Part shown: positions 1 through 10,002 of the stretch, piece after piece
How positions within the stretch are numbered: the stretch's first letter is position 1
How the letters are laid out: the number at the start of each line of letters is the position of its first letter
From: an uncultured bacterium
Lineage (GTDB): Bacteria > Oederibacteriota > Muellerivitia > Muellerivitales > Muellerivitaceae
NCBI GenBank assembly: GCA_964525605.1
Contig: CAZGKT010000009.1
Coordinates: 5,815 to 69,814, forward strand
Reading direction: 5' to 3'
Length of the DNA stretch: 64,000 nt
Made by a program: the position numbers and the translations under genes
The notes under the pieces: generated by a model
The model's input: the letters and a program-made list of their open reading frames with translations, nothing else
What the model was told of the DNA's origin: nothing
Database searches by the model: none

Positions 1-173
1 TGGGCTAGGGTCCGACGGTAAGGCTCCTCCAGAATCTGAAAAAGGAGGGCTGATTTCCAAAACGCTAGGCACACTCCGAGGGTAATGGCGATCAGGCTCT
101 GCACCAGCATTTGGCGCAATTCCTTTAAATGATCGAAAAAAAATCGGGGCTTGTCTGAAGGTGAACTTTCCAT
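1..173 (-). CDS. tatC: Twin-arginine translocase subunit TatC, N-terminal part (runs off window start)
   Basis: Manual translation from ATG at 173: MESSPSDKPRFFFDHLKELRQMLVQSLIAITLGVCLAFWKSALLFQILEEPY..., matching the TatC N-terminal 'xHLxELRxxL' motif followed by TM1. Not in the ORF track. Confidence 0.75.
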   Translation of the reverse strand, partial: MESSPSDKPRFFFDHLKELRQMLVQSLIAITLGVCLAFWKSALLFQILEEPYRRTLA

Positions 174-263
174 AGGGTGACACTTTAGGGGGATTCGGCT
201 TTTTTGGAAAGCTTCGGCAGCTCAGAAAATCATTTGTAATTATTCATGGCAGAAAACCCACGG

Positions 264-498
264 CCAACACGAAGACACAAAGGCACCCAGAAAGGCCTTT
301 TTTTAATTCAAAGGCAACCAAACCAAAGACGTGAACGATACGGTAATACCTCAGTTTGGAAACATCACCCCTACCCCTTCCCTCTCCACAAGGGGTGAGG
401 GTCGGGGTAGGGTGGGATAGCCGCTTCTCATAAAACTGAGTCACTACCAACCATACAAATCTTTTGTTTTGCTTTGTGCCTTCGTGTGTTTGTGTTGG
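264..498. repeat. Intergenic element with imperfect terminal inverted repeats and a central GC-rich hairpin (REP/MITE-like)
   Basis: 264-286 CCAACACGAAGACACAAAGGCAC is an imperfect inverted copy of 472-498 CTTTGTGCCTTCGTGTGTTTGTGTTGG. Central palindrome ~366-414: CACCCCTACCCCTTCCCTCTCC...GGGGTGAGGGTCGGGGTAGGGTG. Confidence 0.4.
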
Positions 499-526
499 AA
501 GTTGTTTTTAGCCTGAACCGCTACAA

Positions 527-1894
527 TTATTTTTTAGGCGTGGTGGCCGGCAAAGGGGTCAGCAAAACGCTGAAGTCACTCTCCATAAGAGAAAGCGTAC
601 TGGGGGATACCAGGTAGACATCCTTGCTCCTGTCGGAGGCAAGGTAAACTTGTTCCTTTTCCCTGCGTCCGAACCGGTAACGGCGCACGCTTCCATCGTT
701 CATGGTCACTTCCGCCGCATAAGAGGGATTTTGAATCCCCGTTTGGGTGGTCGGTGCCGCGAAATCGGAGATGGTGGTCTGGGCGAGACCTGAAAGGATA
801 GCCGCCGCTTCGGTCTGGGCTTGCAAACGACCCGGACTGGTCCATTGTCCCTTGGCATCCTTCTGGTATGCATAAACCTGCTGGTTATGGGTGATGGAAA
901 GGGATTTGACTTGAGTTGCGTCAAACCCCATGACGCTTTTGTCCCGAAAATCATTCAATTTGAAGTGAAGGGTCGTATCCAGGAAGCTCGAGACAAGAAA
1001 AACGGATGGTTGATCATTCAATTTAGCGAAATAGCTGGAAGTTTTCAGTTTTTCCCGTCCCAGCAAAACCTTTTTTGAACCCGTGTGATCCGCAGGCCAA
1101 ATTTCAAGGGAAGCGCGAGGGGAAGTAAGGCCATATACCCCCAGGTTTTTAGGTTGGTCGTCGGCAAAATCATCAATGCGTTGGGTATTGATGGAGTTCA
1201 AAAAGTCACGAATTTTGTTGGCATCAGCCTTTTCTTGAATGGGTTTTTCAATGTTCCATGTGTTTTTGGCGTCCTTGGCCAAGAGCAAGGTTTTTCCCTG
1301 GTAATTAATTTCAACCTTTTCATCCGTCACCTGATCGGCTTTGAGCAGTGTATGATCGCGAAGTTCGTTGGGAGTTTTCATCAAGCCTTCAACAATATAA
1401 GGCTGAATCAAAAAGACCGTCTTCAAAGAGGGATTCATCAAGTAATAATCGTTGCCATTGATGGTTTTGTCCCCCACCGCTACAACGTCCGGGGTCTTCC
1501 CCTTCGATATAAAGGTCAACCGGGCGGAGGGGTTCGCCAAACCGTAATCGGAAAGGCTGGCGGGAGCCGTGAGACTGTCTTCCGGGCTCAATTGGCCCAT
1601 GTTCGTTAAGGCTTGCCGCACCAGGGTTTCATCAGCCTTCAACTGAACAGGTTGCGTGATCTGCCATATCCCCTTGTCATCTTTTTGGAGCGTTAATGGC
1701 GGCTTGTGCGCTGGAAGGGTATTCGAAGGATATTCCACTTTAATTTCTTGAACGTCATCCGCGACAAAGGTTGTAAAAACCTTTTCCTTTTTCTCGGAGT
1801 CGTCTTTCTTCGGACCCCTCTCAAAAAAGAAAATATAGAGGCCCAGGGCTAGCCCTAAGCCTAAAAAGATCAGGGTGGATTTAAAGTTTTTCAT
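527..1894 (-). CDS. DUF4340 domain-containing membrane-anchored protein
   Basis: N-terminal TM (MKNFKSTLIFLGLGLALGLYIFFFE), then repeated units such as 'LSDYGLANP' and 'LGVYGLTSP'. Usual partner of GldG-type ABC systems. Start moved to ATG 1894, which overlaps the upstream stop (ATGA). Confidence 0.75.
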   Translation of the reverse strand: MKNFKSTLIFLGLGLALGLYIFFFERGPKKDDSEKKEKVFTTFVADDVQEIKVEYPSNTLPAHKPPLTLQKDDKGIWQITQPVQLKADETLVRQALTNMGQLSPEDSLTAPASLSDYGLANPSARLTFISKGKTPDVVAVGDKTINGNDYYLMNPSLKTVFLIQPYIVEGLMKTPNELRDHTLLKADQVTDEKVEINYQGKTLLLAKDAKNTWNIEKPIQEKADANKIRDFLNSINTQRIDDFADDQPKNLGVYGLTSPRASLEIWPADHTGSKKVLLGREKLKTSSYFAKLNDQPSVFLVSSFLDTTLHFKLNDFRDKSVMGFDATQVKSLSITHNQQVYAYQKDAKGQWTSPGRLQAQTEAAAILSGLAQTTISDFAAPTTQTGIQNPSYAAEVTMNDGSVRRYRFGRREKEQVYLASDRSKDVYLVSPSTLSLMESDFSVLLTPLPATTPKK

Positions 1895-3507
1895 AACGAA
1901 CGGCGGCGGTACCAGACCCAGCCGCCCAGGGCCAAAATCGCAATGGGCATCACCCAAACCGTCAGGTAATAAATGAAACCGGCTCCCACGTTGGAAAGAT
2001 TCATAACCCGCATATCATCCTCCTTGGGATGAATGGAAATCTTGTTCTCTTCCAAAGCCACCCAACTGAAGGTATTCAGCCCCATATCCAGGTTGCCCGG
2101 TCCCTGGAGGAACTGGTTCGTAAAGATATTGGAATTTCCAAACACCACGATCCGCGCCTTTTTAGTAGCGTCCGTGGGAATCGACCATTCGAAGGCTAGC
2201 GCCATGGTCACAGGGCCCTTGGTATCGATCCCGGGATGAAATTTAAGAGTTTTGGATTTCAAGTCGCTCAAAGCCCAGCCCTTGTCGGTGGTTTGCATGA
2301 TAGGGCTTTGAGTCACATCTTTTAGCAAGGGGGTCAGGGCCTGGACACTCCGGGTATAGGGCATCAGGGTCGCAATGTGGTCATTGGAAAGTTTTTCCAC
2401 GATGGCCTGTGAAAGATATTGGGGAATAACCACCCTCACATCGGGAAATGCGTAACTGGTCTCATCCACTACCAGGTCATTGCCCAGTTTGATTCCAAAG
2501 TCCTTTAGAACCGGTTCCAACCCCACCTTCACTCCCGGATCCACGCAAAGGATCAACTTGCCGCCTTTTTTAAGATAATCGTCTATCAGAGCCGACTCAG
2601 CCGGTTGGAAGGAATGCGTGGGGCCGACGATGGCCAATCCCGTTGCGTCGTCCGGAATCTTTCCCGTTGTCAACAGGTTGAGGGTTTTCACGGCGTAATT
2701 CTGCTGGTCCAACATATCCTTGAAAGTATTGAACCCCTCCGGTTGGGGACTCCCGGATTCCTTTTCCCCATGTCCTTCTAGGAAATAAAAAACGGGGTGA
2801 GTGGTGTCATTCATCTTCACGAGGGCGGAGGTAAAAGCCCCCTCCCCCTGAAACTTGGGGGTGGGCTGGCGCCCCTGCATGGAATAAGTGACGTAATCAC
2901 GCTGAAGGACATCCTTCCGGTTGTCCCCGCTCTCGAAAACCACGGTATTGTATTCATGGATCCCCAACTTCTTGGCATCGGATGGATTTTGGTCCACATC
3001 CACCAACTTGAAGTGAAACTTCGGAGTAATCTTCGCGTATTCCTCCAAAAGCTGCTGGGCCCGGTGAACCTCCGCCTGGACATTGGTCTGGCGTTTATTG
3101 GAAACGAACATGGAAACGTTGACATCCTGCTTGAGGGCTTTCAAAACTTCTTTGGTTTGGTCGGCGAGGGTGTAGAGTTTGTTGGAGGTCAAATCAAAAC
3201 GGATCGGATGCCGGGAAACCACATAATTAAGGCCGCATACGATTCCAACCATGGCGAGGGCTACCAGGGTGAGGTTGGCCCTCACCAGGGTCGACCTCTT
3301 TTTACCCACTTCCTTTACTTCAGTCAGGTTGGCGGCCAGGAACAATCCCAGGTCAACCACCCCAAGACCCACCAGGGTTAGGTTCCACCAGTTGGTGGTA
3401 TTGAAGATGAGAACGGCAAGAATTCCAGCCAGCACAAGAACCAAACCCATGACCAATAGGGGCTGGTTGTAGGTGCGTACTTTGATGAAGAAGGGTGTTT
3501 GGGCCAA
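1891..3507 (-). CDS. GldG-family ABC transporter auxiliary component
   Basis: N-terminal TMs, 'RFDLTSNKLYTLADQT', 'YFLEGHGEKE', 'RIVVFGNSNIF..N.D..LN..SW', C-terminal TM ending WYRRRSL. Confidence 0.85.
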   Translation of the reverse strand: MAQTPFFIKVRTYNQPLLVMGLVLVLAGILAVLIFNTTNWWNLTLVGLGVVDLGLFLAANLTEVKEVGKKRSTLVRANLTLVALAMVGIVCGLNYVVSRHPIRFDLTSNKLYTLADQTKEVLKALKQDVNVSMFVSNKRQTNVQAEVHRAQQLLEEYAKITPKFHFKLVDVDQNPSDAKKLGIHEYNTVVFESGDNRKDVLQRDYVTYSMQGRQPTPKFQGEGAFTSALVKMNDTTHPVFYFLEGHGEKESGSPQPEGFNTFKDMLDQQNYAVKTLNLLTTGKIPDDATGLAIVGPTHSFQPAESALIDDYLKKGGKLILCVDPGVKVGLEPVLKDFGIKLGNDLVVDETSYAFPDVRVVIPQYLSQAIVEKLSNDHIATLMPYTRSVQALTPLLKDVTQSPIMQTTDKGWALSDLKSKTLKFHPGIDTKGPVTMALAFEWSIPTDATKKARIVVFGNSNIFTNQFLQGPGNLDMGLNTFSWVALEENKISIHPKEDDMRVMNLSNVGAGFIYYLTVWVMPIAILALGGWVWYRRRSL

Positions 3508-3509
3508 GG

Positions 3510-4223
3510 TCAGCTCCTCTTGCTTTCAAGGACCTTTACCGAAAGGAAAAGGCCCACAAAGATGATGCTCAGGAAATAAAAGACATGGGTCAAATCCACC
3601 ACGCCCTTGAAAAAATCATCCAGATGTTCAAAAACCGAGATGTACTTCAAAAAATCGCCCAAGGGTCCCTGAACATTGCCGCCCGCCGCGCCGATCACCC
3701 AAAGCATCAGGAGCATTCCGTAGGTAATGACGGCCGAGACAATTTGGTTTTCCGTCAAGGTAGACGCCAACAAACCCAAGGCAAAAAAAGCACCCGCGGC
3801 CAGGATGTAGCCCATGTAATTGGCAAGGGTAGGGCCAAGATCAGGATTTCCAGAGGACATCATGACAGCCAGGTAAACCAGCGTTGAGCTGAGCATGGCT
3901 CCGAAAAAAGCTAGCGCAGCCAGGTATTTGGCCAGGACGATCTCCCAAAGGGTCAAGGGCGATGTACAAAGCAGTTCGGCCGTCCCCGACTTTTCTTCCT
4001 CCGACCAGAGGCGCATCGTAATCATGGGCGTGATGAACAAAAGCAAGATAACCGTATTCTGAAATACCGGGATCATGCTGGCATTGCGACTTTGCACAGC
4101 GATCAACCAGAAGAAAAACCCACCCACCAGAAAATAAACCGCCAAAACGAGATACCCCATGGGAGAAGCAAAATACTGGGTCAGGTCTTTTTTCACCAGG
4201 GCCATTATTTTACGGGCGTTCAT
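3510..4223 (-). CDS. ABC-2 type permease (GldF-like)
   Basis: Six TMs; 'ITMRLWSEEEKSGTAELLCTSPL', 'EIVLAKYLAA'. Confidence 0.9.
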   Translation of the reverse strand: MNARKIMALVKKDLTQYFASPMGYLVLAVYFLVGGFFFWLIAVQSRNASMIPVFQNTVILLLFITPMITMRLWSEEEKSGTAELLCTSPLTLWEIVLAKYLAALAFFGAMLSSTLVYLAVMMSSGNPDLGPTLANYMGYILAAGAFFALGLLASTLTENQIVSAVITYGMLLMLWVIGAAGGNVQGPLGDFLKYISVFEHLDDFFKGVVDLTHVFYFLSIIFVGLFLSVKVLESKRS

Positions 4224-4306
4224 GCCGACTCTCCTTTGGTTTTAATCATCAACGGATGTCGGTATTGACCCGATAACCTTGTAAGCATCAGGGAGTATCG
4301 GGTCAT
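4220..4306 (-). CDS. Putative 28-aa ORF translationally coupled between ABC ATPase and permease
   Basis: ATG (4306) overlaps the ATPase TGA, and its own TGA overlaps the permease ATG. AAGGAG precedes both starts. MTRYSLMLTRLSGQYRHPLMIKTKGESA. Confidence 0.3.
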   Translation of the reverse strand: MTRYSLMLTRLSGQYRHPLMIKTKGESA

Positions 4307-5247
4307 GCCGCAGACTCCTTCGTGGTCAGTTTGAGGAATACATCCTCTAAACTCATCCCCACCGGGCTTAGTTGATAAAGAACCCATTTGTTTTTGACGA
4401 CACAATTGAATAAAGCTTCACGGGACTCGTTGGCCCCATCGGTAACCACCTCAAACTTGGTGGCGCCCCGGCTTTCCTTGCCCAGAACCCTCACGGAGGA
4501 GACCCCCGAGGTCTTCTCCAATGCGGATTTAATGTCTCCCGCCGGTCCCTTGATTTCGACTTCAAGCGTCTTGGCGCCCTCGAGCTTTTGGGATAGGTTT
4601 TCCATTGTATCCGCTGCCACCACCTTGCCCTGGTCGATGATGACCACGTTGTCGCAAGTGGATGCCACTTCGGGCAGAATATGGGTGGAAAGAATGATCG
4701 TCTTGCGCCCACTCAAGGACTTGATAAGTTTACGAATTTCGAGAATTTGCTTCGGATCGAGTCCTCGGGTGGGCTCGTCGAGAATCAAAACGTCCGGATC
4801 ATGAATCAAGGCTTGAGCCAATCCGACCCGTTGGCGATACCCGAGGGAAAGATGAGAAATAAGGCGACGGCTAATGTCATCGAGAGACAGCATTTCTAAA
4901 ACTTCCCCAATCCGGTTTACTTTCTGAGCCTGGGGAACTTCCTTGATGTCCGCCACGAACTTGAGGTAATTGATAATGGTCATATCACCGTATATGGGTG
5001 GAATTTCAGGCAGATATCCTATCCGCTTGCGGATTTCTTGGGGAGCCTCGGAAACATCATAACCCGCGACCGTAACTTTGCCCCCGTTGGGCGGAAGAGA
5101 GGTGGTAATCACCCGCATAGTGGTGGTTTTCCCGGCGCCGTTGGGGCCCAGCAGGCCCAAGATGGTTCCTTTAGGTACGGAAAAAGTAACCCGATCCACG
5201 GCAGTCGTGGTTCCATAAATCTTCACGAGGTCTTTGACTTCAATCAT
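4303..5247 (-). CDS. ABC transporter ATP-binding protein (GldA-like)
   Basis: Walker A GPNGAGKTT, signature variant LSLGYRQRVGLAQAL, Walker B ILDEPT, H-loop STH. Start set at MIEVKDLVK (5247). Confidence 0.92.
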   Translation of the reverse strand: MIEVKDLVKIYGTTTAVDRVTFSVPKGTILGLLGPNGAGKTTTMRVITTSLPPNGGKVTVAGYDVSEAPQEIRKRIGYLPEIPPIYGDMTIINYLKFVADIKEVPQAQKVNRIGEVLEMLSLDDISRRLISHLSLGYRQRVGLAQALIHDPDVLILDEPTRGLDPKQILEIRKLIKSLSGRKTIILSTHILPEVASTCDNVVIIDQGKVVAADTMENLSQKLEGAKTLEVEIKGPAGDIKSALEKTSGVSSVRVLGKESRGATKFEVVTDGANESREALFNCVVKNKWVLYQLSPVGMSLEDVFLKLTTKESAA

Positions 5248-5373
5248 GGGTGGACCTTTAGTCGAAATTGATAAAAACAATAACAACCAGGCAAAGACTA
5301 TAAACGACCGACACAAAATATAAACACTTTTTAATCATTTTCAAGGGGGTTTAGCAGGCTTCGGATAACGAAA

Positions 5374-6651
5374 TCAACCCACATCTTTAAAATTAGCCGC
5401 CGCTTCCTTCAATCGTTGGGCCACGCCTTCCAGCTGCCGAGCCGCCGCAACCATGGATTCCATGGAGGCGGTAAGTTCTTCGGTTGAAGCCGAGATTTCC
5501 TCCGTTGCGGATGCGTTTTCTTCGGATACAGCCACGATATTGGTGATCGCTTCCACCACGCTGGAGGCCTGATCCGCCTGGTTCTCGAATGATTTTGATA
5601 TTTCCTGGACCTGTTTGACCACCTCATCCGAGGCGCCCTGGATTTCTTTCAAGGCTTCCCCACCCTCCGTCACCACCGTTAAGCCCTCGGATACTTTTTC
5701 GGCACCCTCGCCCATGGTGGTCACCACTCTGGATATTTCCTTTTGTATTTCCCGGATGATGACAGAAATCTTGTTGGCAGCTTCCGCTGAACCATCGGCA
5801 AGTTTTTTGACCTCCTCGGCCACTACGGCAAATCCCCGTCCATACTCCCCAGCCCGGGCCGCCTCAATGGCGGCGTTCAAGGCCAAAAGGTTAGTTTGGT
5901 CCGCTATCTGGGTAATGACATCCACGACCTTGCCAACCGCCTTGGATCGGGTTCCCAATTCGGTGACTTCCCGGGTAGAGCTTTGTACTACTTCGTGAAT
6001 GGCCTTCATTTGCTGAACGGTCTTCTGGAAGGATCGACTGCCCGATTCGGAGGCGTTGACGGCCCGCGCCACCACTTTTTCGGAGTTGTTCAAAAGCTCT
6101 GCCGATACCTGGATGTTGCCCGCCATCTTGTCGATGATGTTGAAGGCTTCTTGCACTTTCAGCGCCTGTTCCTCAGCGCCCCGCGAAATGTTCTGAATGG
6201 TGGAGGAAACCTCCTCGGTGGCGCCGTGCATTTGTTGGATGGTTTGGGTGAGCTGTTGAGCCAGGAGAAGCGTTTCCTGGGAACTGCTCTTCAACTGTTC
6301 GACCGAGGAACGCAGGGAATCCAGCATAATATTGAAATGCCGGGCCAAGGTTTCGAAATCGCCCGAATATTTTCCCACGACCTTCACTTGCAGGTTCCCC
6401 TCCGAAACCCGTTCCATGGCCTCCAAAAATTCTTCCAGGGGCCGAAGAACAATTTTTTGCACTACCCAGAGGATCAGGCCCGCAGCAAAAACCCCCGACA
6501 GAACACAAATGACAAAAAACCAGAACTGACTGGCGGGTTTGAAATAATTGAGCAGGGGAAACGCCAGGCCAACAGCCACACCTAGAAGCGTGATGATCCC
6601 GTAAAGGAAAATTTCCGACTTTTTGGGCGCGAGCAGGTTGAAACCGTTCAT
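5374..6651 (-). CDS. Methyl-accepting chemotaxis protein (2 TM, HAMP, signalling domain; almost no periplasmic sensor)
   Basis: Hairpin motif [37 protein letters not shown]; HAMP '[18 protein letters not shown]'. Confidence 0.93.
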   Translation of the reverse strand: MNGFNLLAPKKSEIFLYGIITLLGVAVGLAFPLLNYFKPASQFWFFVICVLSGVFAAGLILWVVQKIVLRPLEEFLEAMERVSEGNLQVKVVGKYSGDFETLARHFNIMLDSLRSSVEQLKSSSQETLLLAQQLTQTIQQMHGATEEVSSTIQNISRGAEEQALKVQEAFNIIDKMAGNIQVSAELLNNSEKVVARAVNASESGSRSFQKTVQQMKAIHEVVQSSTREVTELGTRSKAVGKVVDVITQIADQTNLLALNAAIEAARAGEYGRGFAVVAEEVKKLADGSAEAANKISVIIREIQKEISRVVTTMGEGAEKVSEGLTVVTEGGEALKEIQGASDEVVKQVQEISKSFENQADQASSVVEAITNIVAVSEENASATEEISASTEELTASMESMVAAARQLEGVAQRLKEAAANFKDVG

Positions 6652-7709
6652 AAGAGGCTCCCTTGCGTATCAGGTGGCGGAGTCAGTGACAGGTGCCGAT
6701 ATGCCAACGCCGTGGCCTTACGCCCGTTAGGCGTGCGTTGGAGAAAACCCATTTGTACCAGAAAAGGCTCATAAACATCTTCCACGGTTTCCGGCTCTTC
6801 TCCCACCGAAAGGGAAAGGGTATCTACCCCCACCGGCCCTCCGGAAAATTTTTCAATCACGCTGGTCAGAATACGCCGATCCATGCGGTCCAGCCCCAAG
6901 GCGTCCACTTCCAAAAGCCGTAAGGCGGCGTCCGCCACCTCCCGGTCCACTTTTCCCTTCCTCTTAACCTCGGCGAAATCTCTAACCCGGCGTAATAACC
7001 GATTGGCGAGACGAGGAGTACCCCTGGATCTTTGGGCTATTTCCTTCGCTCCATCCTCCGTCAAATCAACTTTTAACACCAGGGCGGAACGTCGAACAAT
7101 TTCCATCAATTCATCCGGAAGATAAAACTCCAGTCGAAACGAAAGACCGAATCGGTCCCGCAAGGGAGCGCTGACTTTTCCAGCCCTTGTGGTGGCTCCC
7201 ACCAGCGTGAAGGGCGGCAATTGGAGCCGTATGGCCCTGGCCGTGGGGCCCTTGCCAATCATGATATCGAGTTGAAAATCTTCCATGGCGGGATAAAGAA
7301 CTTCCTCCACAATCCTCGGCAGGCGATGAATTTCATCAATAAACAGGAGATCGAAAGGCTGAAGATTGGTCAGCAGGGCTGCCAAATCCCCGGAGCGTTC
7401 GATAATGGGTCCTGAAGTTGCCTTCAAGTTGACGCCCATTTCCTTCGCCACGATGGATGCCAAGGTGGTTTTTCCAAGGCCCGGAGGGCCGGACAACAAA
7501 AGATGCTCCAGAGCTTCTTTGCGCTGTTGAGCCGCCTTCAGGGCAATGTGAAGGGATTCTTTGAGGGAGGTTTGTCCTACATATTCGGCGAGGTGTTGAG
7601 GCCTGAGCGTCGGCTCTTCTTCCCCCCCCAGGGCATCCGTATTCACGAGACGGACGTCTTTCGTCGACTTTTGGATTTCCTTGGAGGATGAGGATGGGGG
7701 GCGGGACAT
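6648..7709 (-). CDS. ruvB: Holliday junction branch migration helicase RuvB
   Basis: '[12 protein letters not shown]', [60 protein letters not shown]. Confidence 0.97.
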   Translation of the reverse strand: MSRPPSSSSKEIQKSTKDVRLVNTDALGGEEEPTLRPQHLAEYVGQTSLKESLHIALKAAQQRKEALEHLLLSGPPGLGKTTLASIVAKEMGVNLKATSGPIIERSGDLAALLTNLQPFDLLFIDEIHRLPRIVEEVLYPAMEDFQLDIMIGKGPTARAIRLQLPPFTLVGATTRAGKVSAPLRDRFGLSFRLEFYLPDELMEIVRRSALVLKVDLTEDGAKEIAQRSRGTPRLANRLLRRVRDFAEVKRKGKVDREVADAALRLLEVDALGLDRMDRRILTSVIEKFSGGPVGVDTLSLSVGEEPETVEDVYEPFLVQMGFLQRTPNGRKATALAYRHLSLTPPPDTQGSLL

Positions 7710-7822
7710 ATGATTTATTTTACCCTCAATCGAGGTCGGTTCAACAATGAAAGGTTTGCCTCCGACCGTCGGGAGAGCGGTTGGTTGGGTTTTGCGGCCC
7801 AGGGATTCCGATCCCCGGAAGG

Positions 7823-9907
7823 TTATTTCTTTAAATGAGGTTTGGAACTCCGTTTGGCGGCATTGCTTTGGGATCCCTTGGAAGGTAAATATGGATTTTC
7901 GGCCAGCCCTGGTTTAGAGAGAAAAACCTTCTCACAGTCTGGCAAGGAATCGAGAAAAATCTTCCCCCACCGCTCGGTCGTGACGCGGGGATCCAAAAGG
8001 GTAAAGGTGCCCACATCCGCTGAGCTTCGAATCAACCTGCCGAATCCCTGCTTGAGCCGCAAGACTGCCTCGGGAAGACTTTCTGCCTGGAACGGCTCCA
8101 AACCCTGCTCCTTCATTCGAGCGTGGCGCGCTTCCACTAACGGGCCTTCCGGCACCTGGAAGGGAAGCTTGGTGATAATCAGGTTGGAAAGAGCCTCGCC
8201 CGGGACATCCACCCCCTCCCAAAAGCTGTTGACCCCCAGTAAAACCGAGTGAATATCCTCGCGAAATACCTTCAGGAGCCGGGTGCGGTCCCATCCCTCC
8301 TCGCCCTGCACCAGCAAAGTGATGCCCAAATCGTCCAAATCTCCCCGGATGGCCTCCGACACTTGGCGCATCATCTTGAAGCTGGTAAAAAGCACGAAAG
8401 CCTTGCCGTGGGATTGTTTGAGGGACGCGCGAATGTATTCCACAACCTCTCGATGGTACCTTTCCTCCTCCCGGCGGGGATGGGGCATCGTGCGGGGTAG
8501 AAACATCGTGACCTGGCGGCGAAAATCAAAAGGCGAGCCCACTCGCAAGGCCTTTACCTGCGTCTCCCCATCCAATCCCAATGCGTGACGGAAATAAGAA
8601 AAATCTTCCCCTACCGAAAGAGTGGCGCTGGTAAAAACGCCGCTCCGAACCGAGGAGAGCAAATGTTCCTTAAGAAGTTCGGAAGAATCCAGCGGCACCG
8701 CACGCACGGCCGAAGCCCGAATCTCGCCTTTTTTATAGGCATAGGTATCTGGTTCCACCAGATAGCAGGCATCCTCGCCCCAACCCCTTTCCAAAATATA
8801 GGAAAGCCGACGGACGAGTTCACGGCATTCTTCCCTAGTCCCTTTGGCTTCCATTTCCAATTCCTCCGAAGAAGCCATTTCGGCGGCGTCTCCCAGGAGA
8901 GATTCCAGCCGGGCCAACGGTTTCGCGAGAATGTCCATATCGGGAGGGGGTTCGGGGAGGCGAACCGCTTTGATGCCGCCCGTACCGACTTCCAGACATT
9001 TTCCTAAAATGCTGAAAAATTCATGGACACCCAGTTTGAAATCCGAAACCGCCTCACCAGCTCCGGCCGTAGGGATGGCCGTAAAAAGCCCTTTCCCGCC
9101 CGGGGCCTTTTCATCGGTAAATAAAAGACGCCTGATCAATCCCTGGCATTCCGACTGGCTAACTGATGTGGCCAGGTGCTCTGCGGCTAGTGCCGGAAGA
9201 TGATGGGCTTCGTCCACGATCAAGGCCTGGTAGGGCGGCAGGACTCCTTGTTCCGAATCTATTTTCAACGCGAGATCGGCCAATAACAGCGCGTGATTTA
9301 CGAGAATCAAATGAGCCTGGTAGGCCCTCTTTCGTGTGGAGTGGTAAAAACAAGTATCGAAAGTTGGGCATTGGGGGCCCAAGCAATGGTAAGGATCGCT
9401 TTTAACTTCGTTCCATACTTCACCCGGTATAGGAAAGGGCGCCGTTGAAAGCGTTCCTTCTGGGGAAGTGGCAGCCCATTCCTGAATTTTGTAAAGCGCG
9501 TCTTCCTCACCCAGCAGATCGGTTTGGCCGCTCCCTTCCAACGCGAGTCCCAAACGTCTTTTGGAAAGATAATTCCCCCTGCCCTTGAGCAAGACCGCCC
9601 GAATCGGGCCGAGCCCCTCAGTCTGTAGCGCGTGGGCAACAATCGGCAGATCTTTTTGAAACAACTGTTCCTGAAGATTGAGCGTATGGGTCGAGACGAC
9701 CACCGGGCCGCCTTCCCTCAACGCGTAGTCCAAGGCCGGTAGCAAGTAGGCAAAACTTTTTCCCACTCCGGTCCCCGCTTCCACCAGCAGGTTGCCTCCT
9801 TGCTGAAGAATCTCGGCGACCGCTTGTGCCATTTGATTTTGCTGGGGGCGATTTTCGATCGTTCCGGGAGGGAGAGATTCCGCAAGCCGCCTGGCAATAT
9901 CCATCAT
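7823..9907 (-). CDS. dinG: DinG/YoaA-family ATP-dependent helicase (Fe-S)
   Basis: EAGTGVGKS, Cys cluster [40 protein letters not shown]. Confidence 0.9.
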   Translation of the reverse strand: MMDIARRLAESLPPGTIENRPQQNQMAQAVAEILQQGGNLLVEAGTGVGKSFAYLLPALDYALREGGPVVVSTHTLNLQEQLFQKDLPIVAHALQTEGLGPIRAVLLKGRGNYLSKRRLGLALEGSGQTDLLGEEDALYKIQEWAATSPEGTLSTAPFPIPGEVWNEVKSDPYHCLGPQCPTFDTCFYHSTRKRAYQAHLILVNHALLLADLALKIDSEQGVLPPYQALIVDEAHHLPALAAEHLATSVSQSECQGLIRRLLFTDEKAPGGKGLFTAIPTAGAGEAVSDFKLGVHEFFSILGKCLEVGTGGIKAVRLPEPPPDMDILAKPLARLESLLGDAAEMASSEELEMEAKGTREECRELVRRLSYILERGWGEDACYLVEPDTYAYKKGEIRASAVRAVPLDSSELLKEHLLSSVRSGVFTSATLSVGEDFSYFRHALGLDGETQVKALRVGSPFDFRRQVTMFLPRTMPHPRREEERYHREVVEYIRASLKQSHGKAFVLFTSFKMMRQVSEAIRGDLDDLGITLLVQGEEGWDRTRLLKVFREDIHSVLLGVNSFWEGVDVPGEALSNLIITKLPFQVPEGPLVEARHARMKEQGLEPFQAESLPEAVLRLKQGFGRLIRSSADVGTFTLLDPRVTTERWGKIFLDSLPDCEKVFLSKPGLAENPYLPSKGSQSNAAKRSSKPHLKK

Positions 9908-9927
9908 GGTTTCAAACCCCCGTAAAT

Positions 9928-9959
9928 AAAAAAGAGAGGAGACCTACCCTCTCTTTTTT
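9928..9959 (-). terminator. Intrinsic (possibly bidirectional) terminator after FecR-domain gene
   Basis: AAAAAAGAGAGG-agacctac-CCTCTCTTTTTT perfect inverted repeat with A/T tracts on both sides. Confidence 0.7.
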
Positions 9960-10002
9960 GATTCTAACCAAGACGGAGGCTGTAAAACCAGTCTTTCTCG
10001 TT

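Noticed and set aside
244-450. 68-aa ORF upstream of tatC as tatA/tatB
   Set aside because: No N-terminal TM with the FG/xGP motif; it is just the translation of the palindromic repeat.
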